NCBI GenBank assembly: GCA_038254735.1
Contig: JBBSFX010000009.1
Span: forward strand, 12,831 to 76,830
DNA: 64,000 nt
From: Solirubrobacterales bacterium
Lineage (GTDB): Bacteria > Actinomycetota > Thermoleophilia > Solirubrobacterales > Solirubrobacteraceae
Direction: 5' to 3'
Position numbers and translations under genes: made by a program. Under the pieces are notes generated by a model. The model had not been told where the DNA came from. It saw only the letters and a program-made list of their open reading frames with translations, and searched no databases. This document shows, one piece after another, positions 47,115 through 56,374 of the stretch; the stretch's first letter is position 1; every line of letters starts with the position of its first letter.

Positions 47115-47864
47115 TTACGCGGCGAGCGCGCCCGCGCACAGAGCGGCGGGAGCGCCCAGGTAGCGGACCGCGAGCTCGCGCTCGATCGCGCCACCGTTGC
47201 CGTCGGGACATACGTACATGGCCCGGGCCTCGGGACGAGACGACACAACCTCGTGCAACTCGGTGCCGAGGAAGTGCAGTGCCGCCGAGTCGCCGGCCCC
47301 GTAGCCGGGCGCCAACCCCGCCGCCACCGCCGCGGTGAACCCGTCGCGGCGGCCGGGCTCCTCGTGGTAGTGGGCGGCGCTCGACCAGGGGAGGAAGCCG
47401 AGCGCCTCGATCTGCCGGGCCGGGCCCTCGTGGAACCCCGACAGCGCGTGGGCGAACCAGCACAGCGCGCCGGCCGACCCGCCGCACATCACCACCCCGG
47501 CCTGCCACGCCTCGCGCAGCGCCTCGTCGATCCCGTGCGCGCGCCAGGTCCCGAGCAGCGACACCAGGCTGCCGCCGCCGACGTAGATCAGGTCCTGGGC
47601 CAGCAGGTGCGCGCGGGGGTCACCCACCCCGGTCTCGCGCCGGAACAGCGAGATGTGCGACGGCTCGCATCGGCCGGCCGGGAAGGCCCGGTAGAAGCGG
47701 ACCACGTAGTGGTCGGCGTCCCCCGAGGCGGTGGGCAGGAAGCACACCCGCGGCCGCTGCACCCCGGTCAGCGACAGCACATGGTCGTCGAGCAGCGTGT
47801 TCCCCCACTCCATCGAGAAGCCGCCGCCGCCGAAGGCGACGATCTGCGGTGGCCGCGTGCGCAT
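47115..47864 (-). CDS. pepE: peptidase E (S51) paralog 1
   Basis: GGGGF, FLPTASGD, YVGGG, GGSAGA, AHY. Confidence 0.87.
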   Translation of the reverse strand: MRTRPPQIVAFGGGGFSMEWGNTLLDDHVLSLTGVQRPRVCFLPTASGDADHYVVRFYRAFPAGRCEPSHISLFRRETGVGDPRAHLLAQDLIYVGGGSLVSLLGTWRAHGIDEALREAWQAGVVMCGGSAGALCWFAHALSGFHEGPARQIEALGFLPWSSAAHYHEEPGRRDGFTAAVAAGLAPGYGAGDSAALHFLGTELHEVVSSRPEARAMYVCPDGNGGAIERELAVRYLGAPAALCAGALAA

Positions 47865-48035
47865 GGGGCCAAGGTATTGCCGACACGGCGGGAGGTCATT
47901 GGCCCACTGGCCAATCTTGACCCCGTCGGGGTGGCCGCGATGTGCGGCGACGCGCCAGACCGGCGACGTGATCCTGCTCGCCGAGCACACCCCGCGAGCT
48001 GCTGCGGGCCGGGCACCCGCCGCCGACGCCGCGTC

Positions 48036-48716
48036 CTACGCCGAGTTGGCGCTCTCGGCCAGCTCGCGGAACAGCCCGGTGACCACGAACACGATCTGCT
48101 CGGCGATGTCGACGGTGTTGTCGCCGATCCGCTCGAGGCATCGCGCAACGAGGATCATGAACATCGCCCACTCACGCATGTCGAGGTCGTCGCCGACGTC
48201 CACGGCACGCCGGAAGATCGAGCGGTTAAGCCGGTTGATCTCAGCGTCCTGGCGAACCAGGTCCTTGGCCAGCGCGACGTTGCGCCCCGCGAACGCCTCC
48301 TTGATCTGGACCACCTGCGACCGGGCGAGCTGACCCATCCGCTCGATCGCGTCGAGGATCTCCTTGTCCTTCGGGGACTCGTAGCCGGACAGGGGCACGA
48401 GCTTGGCGATGTTGACGCACTGGTCGCCCATCCGCTCGATGCAGCGGATCATGTGGAGCAGCGCCGCGACGATCCGCAGGTCGGTGGCCACGGGCGCCTG
48501 GCGGGCCAGCAGCGAGAGAATCCCCTGATGGACCTCGAGGTAGCGTCCGTCGATGCGATCGTCGTCGGCCACCACCATCGTGGCCAGCTCGACGTCCTGG
48601 TAGCTCAGCGACTCGAGCGCGCGGTCGAGCTGGAACACGACGAGGTCGAGGCCGCCGAGCGTCTGGGCCTCGAGCTCCTTGAGCGACTCCCGAAACTGGT
48701 GGCGGACCTCCTGCAT
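48036..48716 (-). CDS. phoU: phosphate signalling protein PhoU
   Basis: DDRID, QAPVATDLR, ERMGD, LERIGD repeats. Confidence 0.95.
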   Translation of the reverse strand: MQEVRHQFRESLKELEAQTLGGLDLVVFQLDRALESLSYQDVELATMVVADDDRIDGRYLEVHQGILSLLARQAPVATDLRIVAALLHMIRCIERMGDQCVNIAKLVPLSGYESPKDKEILDAIERMGQLARSQVVQIKEAFAGRNVALAKDLVRQDAEINRLNRSIFRRAVDVGDDLDMREWAMFMILVARCLERIGDNTVDIAEQIVFVVTGLFRELAESANSA

Positions 48717-48727
48717 GTCCGCGACTA

Positions 48728-48839
48728 CCCGAATTTCCCAGGAAGTGACCCGAATCGTCGCATCGCGCCCACGCTCACCCGAACTTCCCAGGAAGTGACC
48801 CGAATCGTCGCATCGCAGCCACGCTCACCCGAACTTCCC
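48728..48839. repeat. 50-bp tandem duplication spanning the pstB stop and pstB-phoU spacer
   Basis: cccgaa(t/c)ttcccaggaagtgacccgaatcgtcgcatcgc..ccacgctca x2 plus partial third copy. Confidence 0.92.
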
Positions 48840-49712
48840 GGTGACATAGCGCTCGGTGCGCTCGTCACAGGGGTTGGTGAAGATCCGGTTGGTCGGGGCG
48901 TGCTCGACGAGCTCGCCGTCGAGCATGAACGCCGTCGTGTTGGAGACGCGCGCGGCCTGCTGCATGTTGTGGGTGACGATCACGATCGTGTAGCGCTCCT
49001 TGAGCTCGTCGATCAGCTCCTCGATCTTCAGCGTGGCCACCGGGTCGAGCGCCGAGCAGGGCTCGTCCATCAGGATCACCCCGGGCTCGACGGCGATCGT
49101 GCGGGCGATGCACAGCCGCTGCTGCTGCCCTCCCGAGAGGCCGATCCCCGGCGCGTTCAGCCGGTTCTTGACCTCCTCCCACAGCCCGACCGCGCGCAGC
49201 GCCCGGTGGACGCGCTCGCGGAGGTTCTCGCCCTTGGTCCCGGTCAGCCGCAGGCCGGCGGCGACGTTGTCGAAGATCGACATCGTCGGGAAGGGGTTGG
49301 GCTTCTGAAACACCATCCCGATCAGCCGCCGCACCGCTGTGACGTCGACGCCGGGCTCGTAGACGTCAAGCTGGTCGAGGGTGACGCAGCCGGTGGCCCG
49401 GGCGCCGGGGATCTCCTCGTGCATCCGGTTGATGCAGCGCACCAGCGTCGACTTGCCGCAGCCGGACGGGCCGATGATCGCCGTCACCTGGTTGGCGGCG
49501 AAGGTCAGCGACACGCCTTTGACGGCGTGCTGCTCGCCGTAGTAGGCGTGGAGGTCACCCAGCACCACGTTGTGGGCGCCGGGCTTGGCGGCTCCGCCAG
49601 GGCTCGCGTTCGCCGGCTCGGCGCCCGCGTCTCCCTGAGCGGTTGGATCCTCCTTGGTCGACACGTCGACCGGCTCCTTGCTCGTGGGGCTCGTGGTGTC
49701 AGTGGGGATCAT
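48825..49712 (-). CDS. pstB: phosphate ABC transporter ATPase
   Basis: [47 protein letters not shown]. Confidence 0.96.
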   Translation of the reverse strand: MIPTDTTSPTSKEPVDVSTKEDPTAQGDAGAEPANASPGGAAKPGAHNVVLGDLHAYYGEQHAVKGVSLTFAANQVTAIIGPSGCGKSTLVRCINRMHEEIPGARATGCVTLDQLDVYEPGVDVTAVRRLIGMVFQKPNPFPTMSIFDNVAAGLRLTGTKGENLRERVHRALRAVGLWEEVKNRLNAPGIGLSGGQQQRLCIARTIAVEPGVILMDEPCSALDPVATLKIEELIDELKERYTIVIVTHNMQQAARVSNTTAFMLDGELVEHAPTNRIFTNPCDERTERYVTGKFG

Positions 49713-50629
49713 GCCAGGCGGCTCCTTCGGGCGGCGAATCGCGCGACCAGGTTGAGAATCAGGATCATCGCCACCAGGGTCAGCGCGGCGCCCCAGGCCC
49801 GGTCGTAGAAGTTGCTCGTGTTCTGGCCCAAGTCGGCGAAGATCTGGCTGGGCAGCGAGTTCATCGGCTGGCCGAGGTTCCCGGTCAGCACGTGAGCGGC
49901 GCCGATGGTGAACAGCAGCGGCGCGGTCTCGCCGGCGCCGCGGGCGATCGCCAACAGCGAGCCGGTGATCAAACCCGAGCGCGCCGTCGGCAGCACCACC
50001 CGGGCGATGACCCGCCAGCGCGGGGCGCCGAGGGCCAGCGCGGCCTCGCGCAGGCTGGCCGGGACGAGGCTCAGCACCACCTCGGCGGAGCGCACGACGA
50101 TCGGCAGCATCAGTAGCGCCAGCGACAGCGCCCCCTTCCAGCCGACGGCATCGCCACCCACGTGGCTGACCACCAGCACGATGTAGATGAACAGTCCAAA
50201 GACGATCGACGGCACGCCGGTCATCACGTCGACGAAGTAGCGGACCAGGTTGGCGAACGGCGAGGCCTTGCCGTACTCGGTCAGATACAACGCCACCCCG
50301 ATCCCGGCCGGGATCGCCACCAGGCTGGCCAGACCGACGATCTCGAGCGTGCCCAGCACGGCGCTGCGGATCCCCCCGATGTCGCACGGGGGCGGCGGCG
50401 GAGCCCCGGGCACGTGCGGGAAGCATTGGCTGAGGTTCGGATCGGTGCTGAACAGGTTGCCGCTGATCGTGCCGAGGCCCTGCTTGAGCAGGTAGTAGAG
50501 GATCAGCGCGAGCGGGACCAGGGCCAGCAGCGTGGCCGCGCCGAGCAGGCCGCGCATCAGCCGATCCTTGCGCCGTCGCCCGGCGCTGACCGGCGCCAGC
50601 GTGATCTCGGAGCGGACCTCGGTGGCCAT
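49709..50629 (-). CDS. pstA: phosphate ABC transporter permease
   Basis: [27 protein letters not shown]. Confidence 0.95.
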   Translation of the reverse strand: MATEVRSEITLAPVSAGRRRKDRLMRGLLGAATLLALVPLALILYYLLKQGLGTISGNLFSTDPNLSQCFPHVPGAPPPPPCDIGGIRSAVLGTLEIVGLASLVAIPAGIGVALYLTEYGKASPFANLVRYFVDVMTGVPSIVFGLFIYIVLVVSHVGGDAVGWKGALSLALLMLPIVVRSAEVVLSLVPASLREAALALGAPRWRVIARVVLPTARSGLITGSLLAIARGAGETAPLLFTIGAAHVLTGNLGQPMNSLPSQIFADLGQNTSNFYDRAWGAALTLVAMILILNLVARFAARRSRLA

Positions 50630-50631
50630 CG

Positions 50632-51708
50632 TCAGGTGGCCCGCGGCTCGAGCTCTGAGATTCCCGGCAGCGCCGCGCCGCCGCCGGTGCGCCCGGCGCC
50701 GCGCCGCGGCCCGGTGCGGCCGGCGCTGACCACGTAACGCCGCGCGATCAGGTTCACCACCAGCGTCAGCACGAACAGGATCAGCCCCGAGGCCAGCAGC
50801 GAGGACTTGTACAGCGGCGTCGACTCAGCCTCCCCGAACTGGAGCGCGATCACCCCGGCCAGCGACTGCCCCTGCTGGAAGATCGAGTGGCCAAGGGTGG
50901 TCGAGCCGCCGATCACGTAGGCGACGGCGATCGTCTCGCCGACGGCGCGCCCGAGCCCGAGCATCGCGCCGCCGGCGATCCCCGGCCGGGCATACGGAAT
51001 CACCGCCATGCGGATCATCTCCCAGCGCGTCGCCCCGAGGCCGAGCGCCGCCTCCTTGTGCTCGGCCGGCACCGTGGCGATCACCTCGCGTGAGATGGCC
51101 GAGACGATCGGCAGGATCATGATGGCCAGGATCAGCCCGGCGAGGAAGTAGCTCGGGCCGGCCACCGTGCCCTCCCAGAATGGCAGGAACGAGAGCTTGT
51201 CGGCGAGGAACTGCTGGAAGCCGCGGAGCTTCGGCGCGAGCACGAGGAACCCCCACAGCCCGTACACGACCGACGGCACGGCGGCCAGGAGGTCGACGAG
51301 AATCGACAGCGGCCCGCGCGCCCGGCGCGGACACAGCTCGGTCAGGAACAGCGCCGTGCCGACCGCCACCGGCACCCCGATGACGAGGGCGATGCCGGCG
51401 GTCAGGAGCGTGCCCAGCAGCATCGGCCAGGCGCCGAACGTGCAGTGTGAGCCGACCTGGCAGGCGCCGCCCTGGGACAGCTGCGAGATGTCCCAGTTGT
51501 TGTGGAACAGGAAGCTGAGCACCCCGACGTGGCTGAGCGCGCTCGAGGACTGCGCGATCAGCACCACGAAGAAGGCGCCGAGCAGGATCAGCACCGCCGC
51601 CGCCAACCCGGCCAGCCCGAACTGCAGGAACCAGTCGGGGAGGCGGCTCAGCGGCGAGCGCTCGAGACTCGAGCGACCGCCGCCGAGCGTGGTGGCGCTT
51701 ACCTCCAC
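50632..51708 (-). CDS. pstC: phosphate ABC transporter permease
   Basis: [33 protein letters not shown]. Confidence 0.95.
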   Translation of the reverse strand: MEVSATTLGGGRSSLERSPLSRLPDWFLQFGLAGLAAAVLILLGAFFVVLIAQSSSALSHVGVLSFLFHNNWDISQLSQGGACQVGSHCTFGAWPMLLGTLLTAGIALVIGVPVAVGTALFLTELCPRRARGPLSILVDLLAAVPSVVYGLWGFLVLAPKLRGFQQFLADKLSFLPFWEGTVAGPSYFLAGLILAIMILPIVSAISREVIATVPAEHKEAALGLGATRWEMIRMAVIPYARPGIAGGAMLGLGRAVGETIAVAYVIGGSTTLGHSIFQQGQSLAGVIALQFGEAESTPLYKSSLLASGLILFVLTLVVNLIARRYVVSAGRTGPRRGAGRTGGGAALPGISELEPRAT

Positions 51709-51715
51709 CGGGCGC

Positions 51716-52849
51716 CTAGGAGACCGGCGCCCCGTTGCACTGCAGCGTCGCCAGCTGGGCCTTGGCCTTGGCCAGCAGCGACGCGGGCAGCGGCGCGTAG
51801 TCGAGCTGCCGCTCGACCTGCTGGCCGTCGCCGAGGCCGTAATTCAGCAGCGCCTTGACCCCCTTGGCGGCAGCGGCCGAGCGGCCCGCCTTGCACATGT
51901 CCTTGTAGACGATCAGGAACGTCTGCGAGGTGATGGGGTACGACGTCGCGCCGGGGGCGTTGATCGTCGAGATCGTCAGGTCGGGCGGCGGCTTCGAGTT
52001 GGCGGCGGCGGCCGAGGCGGCCTGCAGCGTCGGCGTCACGAACTGGCCCGCCAGGTTCTTGACCGCCGCGTAGGTGAAGCCGTTCTGCAACGCGTAGGCC
52101 TGCTCGACGTAGCCGATCGCCCCCGGCGTCTGCTTGATCGCCGCGGCCACGCCGGCGTTCTTCGGTGCGCCGGTCCCGACCGGCCACTTGGCCGTCTTGT
52201 CGGGCATGCCGGCGACCTTGGCCCACTGCGGGTCGTAGGCGGCCAGGAAGGTCACGAAGCCCTTGGTGGTGCCCGAGGAGTCGGAGCGGTGCACGACGGT
52301 GATCGGCGTGCCCGGCAGCTTCACGCCCGGGTTGAGCTTCGTGATCGCGGGGGCGCTCCACTTCCTGATCGTGCCGAGGAAGATCTCGGCCAGCGTCTTG
52401 CCGTCGAGCTTCAGCCCGGTCTTCACGCCGGGGAGGTTATAGGAGGCGGTGATCGCGCCGAAGGCGAGCGGGAACTGCAGCACGGGGCCCTTGCCGGCCT
52501 TGATCTCGGCCGGCTTCTCGGCCGGGTCCGAGCCGGCGAAGTCAACCGTCGAGCCCTGCAGGCCGGCGATCCCGGCGCCCGAGCCGAGCGCGTTGTAGTT
52601 GAGCGTCAGGCCGTGCTTGGACAGGTTCTGGCCCCACTGGTCGTAGATCGGCGCGGCGAACGTCGAGCCGGCGCCGTTGATCGTGCCGCTCGCGCCGGTG
52701 GTGGTGGCGGTCGAGCTCGGCGCGGGTGCGGCGCTGCCGCTATTGGCCGCGCCCTTGGGGCTCGAGCTGCTGCTCGAGCCGCAGGCGGCGAGCGCCAGGG
52801 ATGCCGAGAGCGCAATCGCGATGGTTCCGATTCGACGTTTTCTCACTGC
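51716..52849 (-). CDS. pstS: phosphate-binding lipoprotein
   Basis: LAAC lipobox, GAGSTF, GSGAG, DFAGSD, HRSDSSGTT, YPI; GAAGGAG SD before GTG 52849. Confidence 0.95.
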   Translation of the reverse strand, partial: AVRKRRIGTIAIALSASLALAACGSSSSSSPKGAANSGSAAPAPSSTATTTGASGTINGAGSTFAAPIYDQWGQNLSKHGLTLNYNALGSGAGIAGLQGSTVDFAGSDPAEKPAEIKAGKGPVLQFPLAFGAITASYNLPGVKTGLKLDGKTLAEIFLGTIRKWSAPAITKLNPGVKLPGTPITVVHRSDSSGTTKGFVTFLAAYDPQWAKVAGMPDKTAKWPVGTGAPKNAGVAAAIKQTPGAIGYVEQAYALQNGFTYAAVKNLAGQFVTPTLQAASAAAANSKPPPDLTISTINAPGATSYPITSQTFLIVYKDMCKAGRSAAAAKGVKALLNYGLGDGQQVERQLDYAPLPASLLAKAKAQLATLQCNGAPVS

Positions 52850-52897
52850 TTCTCCTTCAGTCATGGATTCAGGGGAGTCTGCGAGGTCGCGCCGGGA

Positions 52898-52930
52898 CAG
52901 TTGTTATCGACCTGTGAACGCGACATGAAC
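52898..52930 (-). promoter_or_regulatory. PHO-box-like array (3 x 11-nt direct repeats) upstream of pstS
   Basis: GTTCATGTCGC GTTCACAGGTC GATAACAACTG. Confidence 0.75.
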
Positions 52931-53083
52931 TGGTCCACCCGCCGGGCCAGCTCTCAGCTGCCGCAGCGCGCGGATCGACAGCGTGAGCTTGCTCCCACCG
53001 ACCCGAGCGAGACGGTCCTCGGGCAGGATCTCCAGCGGGGCGACCTCGATCACCTCGTGGCCCGACGGGGCGGTGGCTGCCAT
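52904..53083 (-). pseudogene. frameshifted/truncated remnant of a stand-alone OmpR-type winged-helix gene
   Basis: MAATAPSGHEVIEVAPLEILPEDRLARVGGSKLTLSIRALRQL, then the frame shifted at 52954 continues ELARRVDQFMSR with high GC3. Confidence 0.6.
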
Positions 53084-53111
53084 GCGGTGATGCTCGCCTC
53101 AGCCCCCCACG

Positions 53112-53155
53112 ACGGCGTTACCGACCCGTGACGAACCTGTGAAAGACCGGTTATC
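53112..53155 (-). promoter_or_regulatory. PHO-box-like array (4 x 11-nt direct repeats) overlapping the regulator stop codon
   Basis: GATAACCGGTC TTTCACAGGTT CGTCACGGGTC GGTAACGCCGT. Confidence 0.7.
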
Positions 53156-54035
53156 GCCCCACGGGCGCGAACTCCGGGGCGGCGGCGAGCTCGGCGCCGG
53201 CGAGCTCGGCCTCGAGCGGCGCGCCGGCGGCGATCCGCTCGGTCGCATCGCTGCCGCTCTGGACCCCCGTCTCCTCGCCGTCCCGCTCGGGGGCGAACCG
53301 GTAGCCGACCCCGAAGTGGGTGTGGATGTAGCTCCACTCCGGCGAGCCGGCGCGCAGCTTCTGGCGCAGCTTGCGCACGAACACGTCGACCGAGCGGTCG
53401 CCGTGGGCCATCGCGTAGCCCCAAACGCGCTCGTAGATCTCCTCGCGCCGGAGCACGCGGTCCGACTGCGAGAGCAGGTTGAGGATCTCGAACTCGCGGG
53501 CGGTCAGCTCGAGGCTCGTCTCGCCCGCATACGCCTGGTACAGGTCGGGGCGGATCGCGATCTCGCCGACCATCGTCCCGTCCTCCAGGTCGGGGATCTC
53601 GTTACGGCGGTGACGGCGGATCGCCGCCTCGATCACGCAGATCAGCTCCTCGGCGTGGCACGGCTTGGTCATCCAGGCGTCGGCGCCGAGCCGCAGCCCG
53701 CGCACACGCTGGGCCACCGACGAGGGCCCGGTACAGATGACCACGGCCAGCCCGGGCAGCCGGGCGCGGACCCGCTCGAGGTAGTCCCAGCTCCCCGGTC
53801 CGACGACGGCGAGGTCGACGACCAGCGCGTTCAGGCGCATCGCCACCAGCGCCTCGGGGGTGACCGCCGAGGAGACGGCGCGTAGCTCGATCCCCAGCGC
53901 GTCGAGGCGGTTCGAGAGGACCTGCATGAATCCGGGGTCGCGGTCGATCACGGCGATCCGGAGACGGTTCTGCGGGCGCTGGGTGGCCGCCCGCGGCTGA
54001 GTGGCCACGTGCGCGCCGCTCCCTGTGGGCGACAT
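53151..54035 (-). CDS. orphan OmpR/PhoB-family response regulator (probable Pho regulator)
   Basis: receiver (IDRD, VVD, ICTG, TKP) + wHTH (LTAREFE, RSVDVFVRKLRQK, HTHFGVGY); TACAGT 7 nt before ATG. Confidence 0.88.
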   Translation of the reverse strand: MSPTGSGAHVATQPRAATQRPQNRLRIAVIDRDPGFMQVLSNRLDALGIELRAVSSAVTPEALVAMRLNALVVDLAVVGPGSWDYLERVRARLPGLAVVICTGPSSVAQRVRGLRLGADAWMTKPCHAEELICVIEAAIRRHRRNEIPDLEDGTMVGEIAIRPDLYQAYAGETSLELTAREFEILNLLSQSDRVLRREEIYERVWGYAMAHGDRSVDVFVRKLRQKLRAGSPEWSYIHTHFGVGYRFAPERDGEETGVQSGSDATERIAAGAPLEAELAGAELAAAPEFAPVGR

Positions 54036-54085
54036 GTCCGGGACTGTAAAGCAGAGATCGCGGCCGAGGTAATCGCCGGCGCCCC

Positions 54086-54107
54086 GGTCACAGGATCTTC
54101 ACACGCT
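54086..54107 (+). promoter_or_regulatory. possible PHO-box pair in the divergent regulator/lipoprotein spacer
   Basis: GGTCACAGGAT CTTCACACGCT, 11-nt period. Confidence 0.45.
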
Positions 54108-54247
54108 CCTTGCGGGGATTTCGGGCGCGTGGTGATGGTCACCTCGACCTGGCTCGCGGCTGTGGCGTGGCTACTCTCGGCGGTCAACACCTGACGCTCA
54201 CCGCCCACCTGCGCGTCGTAATCTGAAAACGCGTGATGATGCGGCCC

Positions 54248-55294
54248 ATGTCCCGAACCGGTAATCCGTTCCCCGGCGCCCCCGCCCTGATCGCCGCGCT
54301 GGCCCTCGCCGGCTGTGGCTCCGCGAGCAGCTCGCGCCACGCCCCCAAGCCATTCTCCCGAGCCGCCACGACGAGCGCCACCACCGCGACGACGGCCGGC
54401 CCGGCGCCCGTCGTCGACGAGCTCGCGGCCGCCGAGCACCCCCGGGCGACGGACTTCCCCGCCCCCCACGGCCGCACGCTCCAACAGCTCGCGCGCCTCG
54501 CCCGCGCCCAGGTGCAGCTCGGCGCCGCGACCGGCGTGTACACGCCCGGGCGACGCCGCCTGGCGTTCGCGCTCAACACGAGCTCCGGGGCGTTCGTGTA
54601 CGCGCCGACCGCCGTGTACGTGGCGACGAGCCCCCACGCCGCCGCCACCGGGCCGTACCTCGCCCCCGCCGACCCGATGTCGGTCGCGGCGCCGTACCGC
54701 AGCCGCCAGAACAGCGGGCCGGGCGGGATCCTCGCCATCTACGGGGCCGAGTTGGCGCTGCCGCATCCCGGCACCTACTCGGTGCTGACGCTGACGCCCA
54801 CGGCCAAGGGCGTGGTCGGGGCCACCGGCGAGGTCGCCGTCGCGGCATCGTCGCCGATCCCCGGCGCCGGCGATCGCGCGCCGGCGATCGCCACCGACAC
54901 GCTCGCGACCGTGCACGGGAACGTGTCGCTGCTGACCACGCGGCTGCCGCCCGAGAGCATGCACGCGGTGTCGTTCAGGGACGTGCTCGGCAAGCGCCCG
55001 ATCGCGCTGCTGATCTCGACTCCCCAGCTCTGCACCTCGCGCGTGTGCGGCCCGGTGACCGACGTCGCCGTCCAGCTCCAGCAGCAGTTCGGCAGCCGGA
55101 TCGCCTTCATCCATCAGGAGGTGTACGTCGATAACCAGCCCGGGAAGGGGCTGCGGCCGCAGCTCACGGCGTTCCACCTGCAGACCGAGCCGTGGCTGTT
55201 CACGATCGACCGCCGCGGGGTGATCCGGGCCCGGCTGGAGGGCGCGTTCGGGCTGACCGAGGCGCGCGCGGCGCTCGAGGCGGCACTGCGATGA
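54248..55294 (+). CDS. lipoprotein with C-terminal thioredoxin-like domain
   Basis: LALAGC lipobox; ISTPQLCTSRVCGP, FIHQEVY, TEPWLFTIDRRG. Confidence 0.75.
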   Translation: MSRTGNPFPGAPALIAALALAGCGSASSSRHAPKPFSRAATTSATTATTAGPAPVVDELAAAEHPRATDFPAPHGRTLQQLARLARAQVQLGAATGVYTPGRRRLAFALNTSSGAFVYAPTAVYVATSPHAAATGPYLAPADPMSVAAPYRSRQNSGPGGILAIYGAELALPHPGTYSVLTLTPTAKGVVGATGEVAVAASSPIPGAGDRAPAIATDTLATVHGNVSLLTTRLPPESMHAVSFRDVLGKRPIALLISTPQLCTSRVCGPVTDVAVQLQQQFGSRIAFIHQEVYVDNQPGKGLRPQLTAFHLQTEPWLFTIDRRGVIRARLEGAFGLTEARAALEAALR

Positions 55295-55489
55295 GGCTCC
55301 GGCCGGCCGCCACGACCGCCGCGCGGAAGCTTCGGCTCGCTGCGGCGGCGTTGCCGCTCGCTGCGGCGGCGCTGCCGCTGACGGCTCGCACCGCTGGTCG
55401 CGCTCGCGACAGGCGCCGTTGCGGCGCTCGTCGCTATCGTACTGCTCAAGGGTGCCCTCTCTGACGGGCCTCGACCTGTGACGGCAACG

Positions 55490-56227
55490 ATGGCATCACG
55501 CGTTAAGCAAAAGGAAGAAGCACGCAAGCGCCGATTGGCGGAGGAGCAGGCCCACGCCGCACTCGAGCGTCGCGGCCGCCGGCTGCGGATGTCCGGCGGC
55601 CTGGTCCTCAGCGTCGTCGCCGTGGTAGCGGTCGTGGTCGCGATCGCGAGCGGCGGCTCCAGCAAGACCAGCGGGCGGATCGTGCCGGCGCCTGGAAAGG
55701 TCAAGCTTCCGGCGCTCTCCGTCACAAACCTTCCCGCCGCGGCGAAGGCGGCCGGCTGCGTCCTGACCAGCACGCCCGACTCGATCGCCCGGATCTCCTC
55801 AAACCGAACTCACGTCGCGCCGGGCACCAAGGTTCCGTACGCGACCAACCCGCCGAGCTACGGCCCGCACTATCCGATGCCGGCCTCCGACGGCGAGTAC
55901 AAGCCGAACGCCACGCCGGCCACTGGCTACCTCCTGCACGCGCTCGAGCACGGGCGGATCGAGTACCAGTACCGGCCGGGAACACCGACGAGCGAGGTCA
56001 AGCAACTCGAGGCGCTGTTCAGCGAGACTGACGGCCCCTGGGCACCGGGGCAGCTGCTGCTGCTGTTCGAAAACCACAGCAGGATGCCGTACGCAATCGC
56101 GGCGACGGCGTGGGGTCATGTGCTCGGGTGCAGGACGTTCAACCCGAAGATCTTCGACGCACTGCGGGACTTCCGGCTGTCGTACACCAACCAGGCCCCC
56201 GAGCAGCTTGGTACCGGCCCCGAATAG
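55490..56227 (+). CDS. DUF3105 domain membrane protein
   Basis: basic N-terminus + TM; HV..YATNPPSYGPH, HALEHG.I..QY, ATAWG. Confidence 0.85.
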   Translation: MASRVKQKEEARKRRLAEEQAHAALERRGRRLRMSGGLVLSVVAVVAVVVAIASGGSSKTSGRIVPAPGKVKLPALSVTNLPAAAKAAGCVLTSTPDSIARISSNRTHVAPGTKVPYATNPPSYGPHYPMPASDGEYKPNATPATGYLLHALEHGRIEYQYRPGTPTSEVKQLEALFSETDGPWAPGQLLLLFENHSRMPYAIAATAWGHVLGCRTFNPKIFDALRDFRLSYTNQAPEQLGTGPE

Positions 56228-56374
56228 CTGACGCTCACCTTCGTACCTCGGTCACTGGGACCGCGAGATCCGGCGCGGCCTGGCCGCCCATGGGTTCGAT
56301 TTCTCGACGCTGCTGCTCGACCTGCCGGCCACGGCCCGGGGCGTGTCGTCCGCGGCTCCGTCGATGATCACGCC

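Noticed and set aside
608-49808. Long antisense or alternate-frame ORFs (e.g. 608-2545, 35109-37406, 39790-42024, 47253-49808)
   Set aside because: They are Arg/Ala/Pro/Gly-rich shadows of real genes, expected from stop-codon scarcity in high-GC DNA.
55291-55477. Short ORF or frameshifted TM peptide with a 21-bp duplication before DUF3105
   Set aside because: The frames are inconsistent, the hydrophobic frame has no start codon, and a TATCGT -10-like hexamer suggests promoter sequence; too weak to call.
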